The notes under the pieces are model-generated. The model did not search any database. It had not been told where the DNA came from and worked only from the letters and a program-made list of their open reading frames with translations. Shown here one piece after another: positions 23,982-36,656 of a stretch of DNA of 64,000 nucleotides. Made by a program: the position numbers and the translations under genes. This DNA is from Calcarisporiella thermophila CBS 279.70 (Eukaryota > Fungi > Calcarisporiellomycota), in NCBI RefSeq assembly GCF_041956535.1, contig NW_027192205.1, positions 679,792 through 743,791 of the forward strand, given 5' to 3'. Positions within the stretch are counted from its first letter, which is position 1. Each line of letters begins with the position of its first letter.

Positions 23982-26422
23982 ATGAGCGCTGAAGCAGTAG
24001 CTACTGGTACGTCAGCCGGCCTGCTCTCTCTCTTTATTTAGGCATAAGTGATCTACGCACCGTCCTTGGCTAACGCTTTCCTCTTTGATTCCTGTAGCGA
24101 CCCAATCTGGTATGATTGATGCTATGGATGTGATATTGCTGGGCACTATTGGAGTGGGAACGCTTGTCTACTTCTTCCGTGATACGCTCTTCTCTTTTGT
24201 GCGTAAATCGGATGACTCTAAATCGCATTCTGCCAATGGTGTATCCAAGCCAAACGGTGTCAATGGGGTGGATGCAGCAGCAAATATTGCCGCACGGAAA
24301 AAATCACGGGATTTCGTGGCCAAGATGCGGGAAATGGTGCGAAAACATCCTTTGAAATCCTGTCCCCCTTGAATTTGCTTCTCATCTTGTTCACTTAATT
24401 GTTGCACCATGTAGGATCGCAACGTCATTTTGTTTTTTGGATCACAAACTGGCACTGCAGAGGATTATGCCGCACGGCTCGCCAAGGAGGGGGCCCAAAA
24501 ATACGGTCTCCGTACTATGACGGCCAATCTTGAGGATTATGACATCACAAATCTTGATCAGCTTCCAGAGGGATCTCTAGCCTTTTTTGTGATGGCTACC
24601 TATGGTGAGGGCGAGCCCACGGATAATGCTTTAGACTTTTGGGAGTTAATTACGTCAGAGATGCCTGAATTTTCGCAAAGCGATGCCGCCGAGGATCCGG
24701 AAAAACCGCTTTCGGGTCTGCGCTATGTTGTCTTCGGACTTGGCAACCGCACTTACGAGCACTACAACGCGGTGGCGCGAACAGTGGATGCGCGTCTGGA
24801 ACAATTGGGAGCGAAGCGTGTTGGCGAGCGTGGAGAGGGAGATGACGATGGAAGTCTTGAGGAGGACTTTCTTGCTTGGAAGGAGGATATGTGGAAGGAG
24901 GTGTGCCAGGCGATGAACGTAAGCGAATTGGCCGCCGGGGAGCGCCAGGCATCCTACACGGTCACCGAGCTGACCACTGACGATATGGCGAATCAACACG
25001 TGTATGAGGGCGAATTGGCCGAAAAGTCTGCAGCCGCACCGGCTACCAAGTGAGTCCAAATTTTATTTGATCATAATTTAGGTTGGTCATGGTTGCTGAC
25101 ACTCTTTTCATTGGATTAGGATATCGTACGATGCAAAGCATCCATACGCTGCACCCATCTCCACGATGAATGTGTTTACTGAGACTGCTGATCGCCACTG
25201 CATTCATGGCGAGGTCGATATCCGGGGCTCTGGGCTCCGCTATGAAGCAGGCGACCATATCGCCGTGTGGCCCACCAACTCGGACGACGAAGTCGAGCGA
25301 CTGGCTCGTGTGCTTGGCATGAGTGACAAGCTTGACACTGCCGTCATGGTCCGAAGCACCGACCCAACCACCACAAAACCTCACCCCTTCCCCGTTCCTG
25401 CCTCCTATCGCACTATCTTCCGCCACTACGTTGACATCTGCGGTCTTCCTTCGCGCCAGGCGCTGGCCAGTCTGGCGCCCTATGCTCCCAACGAGAAGGC
25501 CAAAGAAGATCTGGCCAAGATCGGCAACGATAAGGAAGAGTATGCTCGCCAAGTCAGTGACCGCGCCCTCACCCTCGGCGAGGTCCTTGAAATGATATCG
25601 CCGCAGGAGCCATTCAGCAGCATTCCTTTCGATCTTCTGATTGAAAATTTGCCGCGTCTGCAGTGTCGTTACTACTCCATCTCCTCGTCTCCTAAGGTGC
25701 ATCCCGACCACATCCATCTTACAGCCGTAGTGCTGACTTACCAGCCGGAGCCCGAAGCAAAACGCACTGTGTATGGTGTCGCCACCAACTACCTCTTGGC
25801 GCTACACCGAACCACACTTCCCGACCAAGAGCTGGCGAACTCTATTGCATGCCCTCGCTACCACGTCTCTGGCCCTCGCGGGGCTTATGCCGAGGGAGGA
25901 CTACGGGTCCCGATTCACGTTCGCCGTTCCAACTTCAAGCTTCCGCGCAACCCCCGCCTCCCTGTGGTGATGATTGGGCCAGGAACTGGTGTGGCTCCCT
26001 TCCGTGGTTTTGTACAGGAGCGTGCTAAGATTGCGCAGCAAGGTCAGGAGGTGGGAGAGACCATTCTCTTCTATGGCTGTCGCCGATCCGACGAGGACTT
26101 CCTCTATCGGGATGAATGGCCCGGCTATTTTGAAGCTCTCGGCCCCAAGTCCAAGATGATTACTGCGTTTTCTCGCGAGGGTGCTCAGAAGGTCTACGTC
26201 CAACATCGTCTTAAGGAGCATGCGGAACAAGTGTGGGAATTGATCTACAAAAAGCAAGGATACTTTTATGTGTGCGGTGATGCCAAAAACATGGCGCATG
26301 ATGTACAACACACGCTGATCGCTATTGCCCAACAGTATGGAGGCATGGACGAGGCACGGGCCACATCATGGGTGAAGGATTTGAGGAGCCGTGGCCGTTA
26401 CCAGGAAGACGTTTGGAGTTAA
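23982..26422 (+). CDS. NCP1: NADPH-cytochrome P450 reductase, multi-exon
   Basis: N-terminal TM anchor; FGSQTGTAEDYA, ATYGEGEPTDNA, RYYSISSS, GPGTGVAPFRGF, YVCGDAKNMA, terminal YQEDVWS. Confidence 0.97.
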
Positions 26423-28887
26423 TTGAGGAGCTCGATTTTTCCTTTTGTTCCCCGTAGAGAGCAAGTATATCAACCATGGAGTAGGTGACGTGAACTTACA
26501 TTCAACATACTTGATATTTATATCTTTTTTTTTTCCCTCATTTTCTCTTCTTTTCTTTGTCGCTTATATCAGTAAGTTTATCTTTATTTAAAGCTTAAAA
26601 TACGTTTGGAGTATCTCAGGGTTGAAAAAATTATATACATTATGGTTAGACTCTTCCATTTAGATTTTTTTCTTTTTTTGTATATTCTACATATATTTTT
26701 GCCTTACCAATAAAGAGTCTAATAATTCTTAGGATGCTTTATCGGGGTTAGCTATGATCCTGCTTCCGGATAACCTAAAATATTATGGATATTGGGGTGA
26801 AGGATAGGGGATATTTTTCTCATATACCTGGTGCACTTGCTTAATATAAAACTACTATGCAAGCGCTATGGTGCAGTGATGGGAACGGGGAGTGGAGAGC
26901 ACACATATTATTTCAGTTCTCTGCCAGAGAGAACACTTGCTTGTTCCCAGCATCAACCAAGTGTTCCCCTATTGTATATATTATCATCCTATAATTCAAT
27001 TTGTTCTGAGAGGAGAGTAAGCTCGGAAAACACTATTAAATGCATGTAGGAACTTTCCTCCCTCTCATTTTTGAGAACGAAATGAGACGAATCCAAAACT
27101 CCCTAAAGACCATTTTAGCAATGTAATTCAAAGTGTTGGTGATATTGCCAGGTTTGATCTTGTGACAATTCCAAGATCAAATTAATCACAAAAACATTTT
27201 TGAAATCTCCTACTTGCAAGTCGTAAGTATAAAACTCGCAAACGAGGGATTCACTCGAGATTTTCAAACAATCAATGTGTAGAACAACATGGGGAACGAT
27301 TCTCAGGAGCAGCTATTTACTCCAGCATTGGAGTAAATAGGGAGCAACTGTCACTTTAACCCTATTGAATGAATGGGGCATTTAGGGTAAACGAGAGTGG
27401 AACGATTGGCAAGTGTGGAGAATTTCCAAGCCAAAGGTTGGTTCAATGTTGGGCGGATTTGCTGCCAGTCACTTAATACTTAACCCAGAATTTGCCCCAC
27501 CTTAGTAAGTTGGAATTGAACTGAGTGGTCAAAGCTTAGCTCGGTTCAGACTCTGCTGAAGACGCAGCCATACCATTCGATATACAATTGTTGTGCTTGG
27601 TTCTTCTTTGGTATGACTTTGTGCATTCAATAAGCATCCTCGGTCCAAAAGCGCGGTATATCAGTGGTGTTTACTTGGCTCATGAGATTGAGGGCCTTGT
27701 GCTAACTTATCTTGACACTGCCTTGTACACTGTGCCAGATGGTCAGAGGTAACGCTCCACTCCTCTAGAAACTCTGGTAAAGGATACACTCCACAAATCT
27801 AGTAGCAAAATGTTATCTTTAAGGACAAATGACAATTTACGAAATGAAGACTCATGATCCATATTTGTAGTCCAGTTCAGTGGGTAGTAACGGTAGTATT
27901 CTGTTCCAATGGTTGAGTGGTGGCTAATACTAAAAGTCGTGGTTGTGCTCTCAATTAGAATGCCGCCGTGTCAAGGAGAAAATAAGGTGAGGAGGATCCC
28001 ATAGTTTTTGTGGTCAAGGTGTTATTTGTTTACTTTGACCATACCATTCAATCCACCGTTGTGGTTGCCTCACAATATCCATTATGGTGAGTCCCATTAG
28101 GAATAGATTTTTCCAAGCATTCAAGATATCTCGTTAATAATACGATTTCTCATGCTAAGTTCTATCTCGGTATAAATTCACATATACGATAATTGCCATT
28201 AATTATGTGTAAATTTCGTAATACCTTAGCGGCTCTACCGAGAGGACAAGCATATCCCGATTTACTAAGAAAATGTCATCTCATGGAACAGCGGGTGTTT
28301 CCGAAGTCCTACGGCGTAATACGATCGTCAAAGGTAGTAACATTCGATTGAAATCTCATACGCTCTGTTATCGTGATTACACACTTCTCCGGTTCATTTC
28401 AACCAGCAATGAGTGGAATCAGGGTGGTGTTTGTTTTCAGTACAAACGAATAGGTTGTCACACTACAAATTTTTAAATCTCCCTTATTGAAAATGCTGCA
28501 AAGCGTTTTCGAAGCTTCTCCCTCGGGATTGCCTACATCCCGAAAAAGAAGCTCCCTTTATTTATTTTTACCCATTAAAGCAAAATTTCTCAGATCATAA
28601 GCTTGTAGAGAAGACGACTCACGTGGTTGTTGGGAGAAAAGGTGCTTTGAAATGCCCATTGTCTTTCCAGAACAAACAATAGTGTAATTGGAGGAGACTC
28701 TACATCATGGCTGGTGCTCCCAGGGTGATGTCCTTAATTCGACTTCGACACTATTACTAGCCACCTAAAAGCAAATTTCCCCTCCAATCATTATATAAAG
28801 GGAGGGATTGAGCTGATTCTTTTGCTTAAACAAATTTTTACACAATCATCTATCTATCTATTGCATCCGCTAATAAAGCTCCACGTT

Positions 28888-29772
28888 ATGGTTCGCGTAT
28901 ACAGTGTATTCGGACTAGTTGCCCTTGCTGGACTCGCTCTAGGTGATGGATTAAGCGAGGTGGCAGATGGAAAAAGGATTTTCTTCTTGGAGGTAGATAC
29001 CCAATGCGCGCGGAGCTCCTTTAGCTGCACCACTCCAGTGCTACTCAAGTCGAATACTAACCAACCTTCGGACGTCGATGTGGGGGTTGTCAAATACGGA
29101 GACGCAATGGCGTGGGACGCCTTCACGGGAGGAGGTAGCGGTTTGAGGTTCGATTATCTATCTCCCATTTGCCCGAAGAAGATGAACACGCGCTTCGACA
29201 AGCAGGAGCTACCGTTTTTGGAGAGCAAAAACCAGACCATTTCGATTACGACATCCACCTGTCTTGATGGAATCGCCATTCCCGTCAAGTCCAACCAGAA
29301 GAGAAATTCAAAGCGAAATCTCTATCTGTACGTGGAAATGTCGTCCGCTTACATGGACACCTCCGGTCTTAAATTCCAAAGTGGAGGGCTTTTCGAAGCA
29401 ACATGCTATCACATGAATGGCAAGACGGTGGAGATCCAACCTCTCGGCATTATCGACTGCTTGAATCAGAAGGAGGTTGGAATTTTAGACAACGAGAACG
29501 CATGCTTTAAGGAATTTGTGAGCATCAAGGACAATGGCCGGTTCAAGTCTCTGATGAAATCGCTTCACGAGAAAGAAAAGGACAGATATTACAAAGACAA
29601 CCGATTCAACCAAGGTCCTCGAATCAACATCGCTACCCGAGGCATCGCAGCAGAGAACTATTCTTGCCACAAGGGAGCCAAAAACTTTGTGAGTCAGCTG
29701 AAGGAGGCGTATGCTTTGGTTTCTGAAATTATCGGAGTGGTGACTTCGATTCCTGGAGTCCCTGGACTTTAG
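28888..29772 (+). CDS. Secreted hypothetical protein (intronless, about 294 aa)
   Basis: Signal peptide MVRVYSVFGLVALAGLALG; open frame with 8 Cys; TATATAAAG upstream at about 28792. Confidence 0.7.
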   Translation: MVRVYSVFGLVALAGLALGDGLSEVADGKRIFFLEVDTQCARSSFSCTTPVLLKSNTNQPSDVDVGVVKYGDAMAWDAFTGGGSGLRFDYLSPICPKKMNTRFDKQELPFLESKNQTISITTSTCLDGIAIPVKSNQKRNSKRNLYLYVEMSSAYMDTSGLKFQSGGLFEATCYHMNGKTVEIQPLGIIDCLNQKEVGILDNENACFKEFVSIKDNGRFKSLMKSLHEKEKDRYYKDNRFNQGPRINIATRGIAAENYSCHKGAKNFVSQLKEAYALVSEIIGVVTSIPGVPGL

Positions 29773-31885
29773 GCTCCTATCCAGAAATTGAAAATGCAAC
29801 ATCGGTTCCGTAGGAGTCTTAGATGAGTCTCTTTCCAACTCGTTTGAGTTTAGCATTCGAAGTTTGTTGCTTAAAATACTTTATCCAACTCATATTCTGT
29901 TTCTTCCCTCTGCTGTTTCATCGATATAATTTTTGTATTTTTTGACTCTTCAAAAGCTACACTTTATTATTTGTTAAGAGTAGTATATTTACCAAAATAG
30001 GCTCTCAGATTTGCTCAAATTTTATGAGTATAATCCAAGAGTCATTTTATTTGCGTTCTAATTTTTCTCCCCTTCTTACTGTTTTTTGCTTTCTTCCTTT
30101 TAAACAAATAATTAAAATGCTAGAATTCAAAACACATTAGATACATCGGTATTAGGCAACCTATTGGAGACATATGCAAAACACGATAGCGAATTCCTAA
30201 TACTTGAGATTGTTTCACTATCTTGAAGTAGATTTCTTGACAGGCGATTAATTCGGAGGGGTTTCTATTAATTTTAATTCTGTTAATACAATATCAAAGT
30301 TGAAAACATGAAATAGTCTCGTAGGGTATGCTAAACTAACGTTTTGCAATACTGCAGTGCCGCGAAAATGAGAGGATTTGGGAACCAATAACCTTGAGCG
30401 TAAATATCGCATGTTGCAAAGTAATTAGAGTAAAATCAAGATATCCTCTAAGTTTGTCGTCTTCCAACTTTTAAAGTAAACATGAAAGCAATAAATATAA
30501 ATTTTCAAGAGTTTTCTTTAAGAGAATGCGGGCATGGAGGCCGATTTAAGAGTGTGACTTGGATATAATACTCGGAGTGAGATAACTAAAAAGCAAAAAC
30601 GCGAAAAATCAAAAGTGAATAGCCCCTTAATCTTGTACATGAACGTGCTTACCCATTTTCTTAGAAAGGTACATTTGCTGCGATACCCACTTACCTGATC
30701 AATGACATTAAACAATCTTAGAAAAAGTAATGTATTGCCGTTCTATTTTACTATCATTTTATTTAATGTCAAATTGAAAGACTCCATTTCTTCTTTTTTG
30801 TGAATGAAGCGTTTTTGGAAGGATTTATGCAAAATGTAGTAAAAATAGTGATTTGGAAAGCTTTGAGGCAGTTCAATTCTTATGAATATTTATCGTAAGT
30901 ATGGTTGTATATAATATCGGCGGTTTGTCTTTTGAGTAACGAAGCTTGGAGTTTTGATTGCTCGTATAAATCACTGGACTTCCAAGGGAGTAAAAAATAT
31001 CACATATGCTTGTGAAGGAAACATTATCAAAAGCGATACAAGGATTGACATTACGAGCAAATGAAATAGCGAAAAACAATGTGATTGGTAGTATCAACTG
31101 TCTAATTTCGTTGTAGCTCGCTTGCTTTTGATTCCCGTTGTAAAATAATTATATGGATGCATCGAAGGATGGGTGTGAATGCGATTCGAGGTTGGCTGTT
31201 TGATCCTCAGGCATAATACATGATTCCTATGATTGCTTTGAGCAGCTCCCAAAAGACTCCGATTGGAAGACATGTTCAAACTGAAAAAGGTATTTTTTTT
31301 TAACTAGGAGTTATGCCTTAGCAGCGAACAGCCGATTAACAGAAGCTCGTTATTGAGCTCATGGGATCAGAGCCAAGTACCATACATCACATAGGCTTAT
31401 TTGTAGAATTCTGTAAACTACTTTAATTGAAACCTCATTTTCTATGGTTATAATTATAATTGTATGAACAAATATAGCAAAATAGTAGGGGGTGCTAAGG
31501 TTTGAATGGAGGCGTAATGAATGCTAAGAAGCAGGGTAGGTTTATCATAGAGAAAGCTTCCAATGTTCTCTCGAGAGCAGGAAGATAGTTTTGTAAAAAT
31601 TAATATGAAAATTAATGCAAAAAAAAAGAGGGAGCGGGAGTTAGACCATGAAGCCCTGTTCCTTACTTGGACAAGCTGTGTTACCAGTTTAGCTTGAACT
31701 CAGCAGGCACTAATTCGGTATCTAGTATTGAGATTTCTAGTGGATGTATAGATTTGCCTAACTGTTTTAATACATTTTATTTTTACGGCACGTTCTCATC
31801 CCACTCTACCATCCTAAACGTAGAGTCTGCTTATACAATCTGACTGTATCCTAATTTTGAAGATAGTGATTGGAATCAATAGATA

Positions 31886-33517
31886 ATGGCCCCATCTCTA
31901 ATTATTGATGAGAATTGTACCGGATTTGAACACACAATTGCAAAAGAATTAAATCGAGTATCGGATAAGCTACGCGAAATTAGTCTCAAGGTTATATCAA
32001 TTTTCAAATTATGAAATATACTAGTTTCTCAATTTGCTTCTCCATCATTCAAGATTCACGATAATCCAGAACTTGCATGGAAAGAGACTTTGGCACACGA
32101 TTTACTCACTAGCTTTCTTGAAAGCGAAGGGTTCCTCGTACAAAGACATGCTTTTGTTTCCACTGGTTTCAAGGCTACTTTCGAAAGAGGAAAAGGACCA
32201 ACTGTAGCATTTTGTAGCGAGTATGATGCATTACCAGGGATTGGCCACGGATGCGGGCATAATCTAATTGCAATTTCTGGGCTTGCTTGTGCAATTGGCG
32301 TCAAGAAGATGCTACAAGAACAAGAAATTAATGGTAAAGTTGTACTGCTCGGAACCCCAGCTGAAGGTAAACACAAGAATTATATGATTATAAGTGGGAG
32401 ATTAATAGCAACCAATTCTATGTTTAGAATCCTCTGGTGGGAAAATTGCCATGATAGATGCAGGGGCATTTCATGATATCGATTTTGGAATGATGTTGCA
32501 TCCAGCGTATGTATTGAGCAGTAATCCAGAAAAATTTCATCCTATTTTCATTGCCCCTTCAACTACTCTTTGCAAAATAGACATGTCGATCTAGTTTTCC
32601 CTACGATATTGGCAATACAGGGTTTGGATGTCGAATATTTTGGACGCGCGGCTCACGCAGCAGGAATGCCTTGGGAGGGTGTGAATGCGCTCGATGCAGC
32701 AGTGCAGGCATATAATTCCATAAGTGCCTTAAGACAGCAAATAATGCCTACTTGCCGTATTCATGGTATCTTCACCAATGGGGGAAGAGCGGTGAATAGT
32801 AAGATAAACGCAACAGATAATTCTATTGACAAATCCTAATAATCTGTATATCCACCGATGCCTTTGGGTACTATCGTGTAGTTATCCCAGACTATGCTTC
32901 ATTGAAGTTTATCATTAGGGCGTGTGGGAAGGAAGAGCTCGAGGCTCTATGTGAACGGGTAGAAAAATGCTTCCGAGCAGCGGCAGTCGCAACTGGCTGT
33001 CGAGTCGAGATGCATAAAAGTGAATCCTATTCAAGTATGTCATATTTGAGAGCAATTCTATAGATACACCTGTAGTTGAAATTTTGTATCCCTATTAGAT
33101 TTGTTAGTGAACTCCGTTCTTGGCGAGCGGTTTACTTACCACATGGGCCGGAATGGGATCAAATATCCTTCACAACAAGAACAAAGAAATTTTCCACCCG
33201 CAGGAAGCACAGACTTTGGGAATGTATCCCACGTCATCCCTGCATTACACCCAGGGTAATATATTCTCTGGTAGTGCTGAAATACTATGCTTTCATGCTC
33301 TCAAACATTTTCAACCTTTAGTTTCTCCATTTATACCAAGTTCCCTCCTCATACTCCAGAGTTTAGGGAAGCTGCCAGAACACCAGCTGCTCATACTGCA
33401 ACACTTCGAGCATCCAAGTGCCTTGCGTTGACGGCGGTGGATGTAATGAAAGATCCCAAACTACTCGATGCAATGAGGCGCGAATGGCAAGATACAGTTC
33501 GCTCTAAGACAATATAA
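31886..33517 (+). CDS. Peptidase M20 amidohydrolase (PM20D2/ACY1L2-like), multi-exon
   Basis: IHDNPELAWKE, SEYDALPGIGHGCGHNLIA, LLGTPAEE, GRAAHAAGMPWEGVNALDA, GSTDFGNVS, HTPEFREAA. Confidence 0.93.
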
Positions 33518-34797
33518 AGTATCCATGTAAATGGAGGTGTGAGGATTAAATTTAAGAGTAGCTCAGTGAAGGATATGCAGAAATAACTCAGGCATTTCCG
33601 TTCTTATTGTATTTTACTGATTGAAAGTCTTTTTTACTTCAAAGGTCTGTATACTTTTGAACAATAAATTAGTATTTATTTTTCCAATATGCTTTTTTGA
33701 GATATCTATAGAATATACAACTTAAAAGTGAAATAAAATTTAATGAGCGCATTTTCCCCCCTAACTTCATCACAAAATGAGGTAATCGCTACAACGAATT
33801 ATTGTTCACTGTCGTTTTTGTCAGTGTACTCTATGAACATTCTCCGTCCTTTTTACATGCTCCTATATGCTTTCTCCTTGCACATATTTTGTAGAGATAT
33901 ATGTATTACATACACAAGCCCCTCGCCAAAGTATCTATCTGTCTAACAAAACAGTTCTCATTCTATTTTTTGAAAACAGGTGGACCAAACACAATCTCTA
34001 GTTAAGTTTAACAATGAACTTATATCCTGAAATTATCCAAAAAAGATCAAATGATTTTGTCCAGCCACCGCCACGCAATCAATCCCATATCATGGCTGTG
34101 TTAGTCCTTTAAACATTTTCTCTACCAGTTAAAAGTGAAAATAGAGGTGATGGATACAACTTGTGAATCATTTCTATGCCATTAGCATGTTTCACAATCG
34201 AACGCAAGATTGATTGCTAACATAATTATTATTTTTATAGAAAACGAATTTTATTACACACCGTTGTTAGAGGTTTGATATTGAGCAACATTATATAATA
34301 TAATCCTATTGCAGGCTTCTTGTTTAATGAGTCATGCATTACAATCTTGCAACAACTGATAATAGTAAAATCGAGATCAAATGTAATTTGTAACATCCTC
34401 TTTTACCTCAAAGTGATTACTGAAAGAAAAATAAAATGTACATGCAACGAGATCCTGGTCCACTTTCTTTACTACCTGAATGAAACAAGGAAGTGTAATC
34501 AACGAATACAGTTAAATGATTCATAGTTGTGTAACTTATATTTATAGCCGAAGAAAAGGGTAGTTGAGTTTTAACTTAATCTCTCGTGTTGTGTATTGCA
34601 ACTCAACACTTCTCAGATTTCAACAAGAAGACGTGTCCAATTTTTCTACTAAGCCCTTTCGAGGAGTTATAGTTAATTGGTTTTAGTCAGTTAAACCTAC
34701 CACAGAATCCTATTTATAAAGGCAGATTCCCCTGAATATATTCAAGTTTTTTTTTTTTTTTTTCTATCAACCTCTCTTCCTCTACTTATCAAAAAGA

Positions 34798-35445
34798 ATG
34801 TGGTTTGCTTTTATCATTGCATTATCCTATCTCCCTCTTTTGATCTATGCCGCCCTAGGAGTTGACGTTTCTTCATCGGTTTCGAAGGCTAACTGGCAAT
34901 GCATTAAAAACGCTGGATATGATATTGCCGTTATTCGGGCGTATCAATCGTTGGGTAAACCGGATCCTAATGCAGTGGCAACTATCAAGAATGCTCACGA
35001 TGGGGGTATTGGAACTGTTGATGTGTACATGTTTCCTTGCCCGAAATGCGCGAAGAATGCTGTGGTTCAGGCATCTGAGTTGGTGGATAATTTGGATAAA
35101 GCCGGCGCCCGTTATCGTACTATTTGGATCGATGTTGAGGGAACACAATACTGGCATCCATCTCAAACTGATAACCGGGAATTTATTACCTCTGTAGCCA
35201 ATACGCTAAAAGCCAGAGGCAAACGCGTTGGTGTTTATGCTTCTAAATCTCAATGGGATCCCATCGTTGGTAACTGGGACGGTATGAAATCTTATCCATT
35301 GTGGTATCCCCACTATGACAACGATAAATCATTCAATGATTTTAAGCCTTTCGGTGGCTGGACTAAACCATATATGAAGCAATTCAAAGGCACTACAACT
35401 CTTTGCTCATCGGGCGTTGATTTGAATTACTTGCCCAGTATTTAG
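34798..35445 (+). CDS. Secreted GH25 lysozyme (Lys1-like muramidase), intronless
   Basis: Signal peptide; GVDVS, DVYMFPC, catalytic IWIDVE, LWYPHYD, FKPFGGWTKPYMKQF, GVDLNY. Confidence 0.92.
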   Translation: MWFAFIIALSYLPLLIYAALGVDVSSSVSKANWQCIKNAGYDIAVIRAYQSLGKPDPNAVATIKNAHDGGIGTVDVYMFPCPKCAKNAVVQASELVDNLDKAGARYRTIWIDVEGTQYWHPSQTDNREFITSVANTLKARGKRVGVYASKSQWDPIVGNWDGMKSYPLWYPHYDNDKSFNDFKPFGGWTKPYMKQFKGTTTLCSSGVDLNYLPSI

Positions 35446-35898
35446 AATTTTATTTATTTGCCTATTAAGATACTATTAATATTTATAAATAAACCAAGCT
35501 GAGCAGTTGTTTTAAAGGATGTCTAATACTAAACTTTATCGTGAATATTATACATACGCTGATTAAAATATAAATATAATCATACACGAAGAGATAACTA
35601 AAGCAATACGATAAATTAACTAGCTGATTTTTATTAATAAATAATGTGCACATGGAAAAATGAATGAAAAATCTATTGTCAAGGTTTTTGGAAGAAATTG
35701 AGTGATACTGGCATATTGGACTTTTTTTCAAGTATTTTCTCTCCGTATATATTTGATAATTATTAATGAAAGTGGTAGAAGTCTGAGTAACTTTTCATAT
35801 ATTACTTGCATTCAAAGTTCCCGACATTAACTAATTTTCTAATTTTGATACGCTACTAAATAGAATGGATGTACTAATTCAAGAATAGAAAAATATTT

Positions 35899-36126
35899 TC
35901 ACTGTACAGCACCGTCAGGAATGCAAACATAATCAATGTTGGGAGACCAGGCGTTTCTTTCGCAGTGTTCACCATATCCACACAGCTCTCTTTGCAAGTT
36001 ATTGTTCTTGCAGGTTAAAATAGCACTTCCATCAGAACTGCATCTTTTTTCACCGGGCTTGCAAACGGGACAAGCTTGAGCACAAGCTAGAAATATGCCA
36101 ATCAGAGCGAACCTAATTAAAATCAT
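35899..36126 (-). CDS. Small secreted Cys-rich protein, CBM19-like chitin-binding pattern
   Basis: Signal peptide; C-x2-G-x3-C-x9-C...C-x5-C spacing (CKPGEKRC...LTCKNN...CGYGEHC). Confidence 0.7.
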   Translation of the reverse strand: MILIRFALIGIFLACAQACPVCKPGEKRCSSDGSAILTCKNNNLQRELCGYGEHCERNAWSPNIDYVCIPDGAVQ

Positions 36127-36656
36127 TTCATCAATAAAGCTTAATAAACTCTAGGTAGAATAAATTATGGAGATAAGAATGAGAGCTTCAGTTATTTAAT
36201 CTTCTGAAAATTAGCTCTCGCTAATTATTTCTTTCAAAGCAAGGGTATATGGTTTTTGTTTGGCGTATAAAATTTTGGCGGAATATGCGATTATAAGTAA
36301 TAGGTTCGATCTGTTATGATCCCAATGTGCCTGGTTTTGAATAAAACTATTATAAATAACGCATCTTCAACATCTTATTACCTTCAAGTGTATAAAATAG
36401 AAATGTGTTTTTTCAGATAAAAAATATCAACAAGAGGAAAAAAAAACGATATCAGATTGAATAATTGTTGGAATATGATATATATTGTTAACTTTTAAAA
36501 TGAAAGGAGGAAGGGGGGGGGGGTAAATAAATAAAATAAAAAATAAGCTGAAAATTACTTCTTCGAAAGTAGCCCATATATATTTCTATCAACTTGATAT
36601 AGCATACTTACAAAAAGCAAAAATATATTAATCTACTCGTGTAAAAACATCAACAA

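Noticed and set aside
24650-26332. Minus-strand ORFs within the P450 reductase gene
   Set aside because: Antisense shadows of a strongly codon-biased CDS
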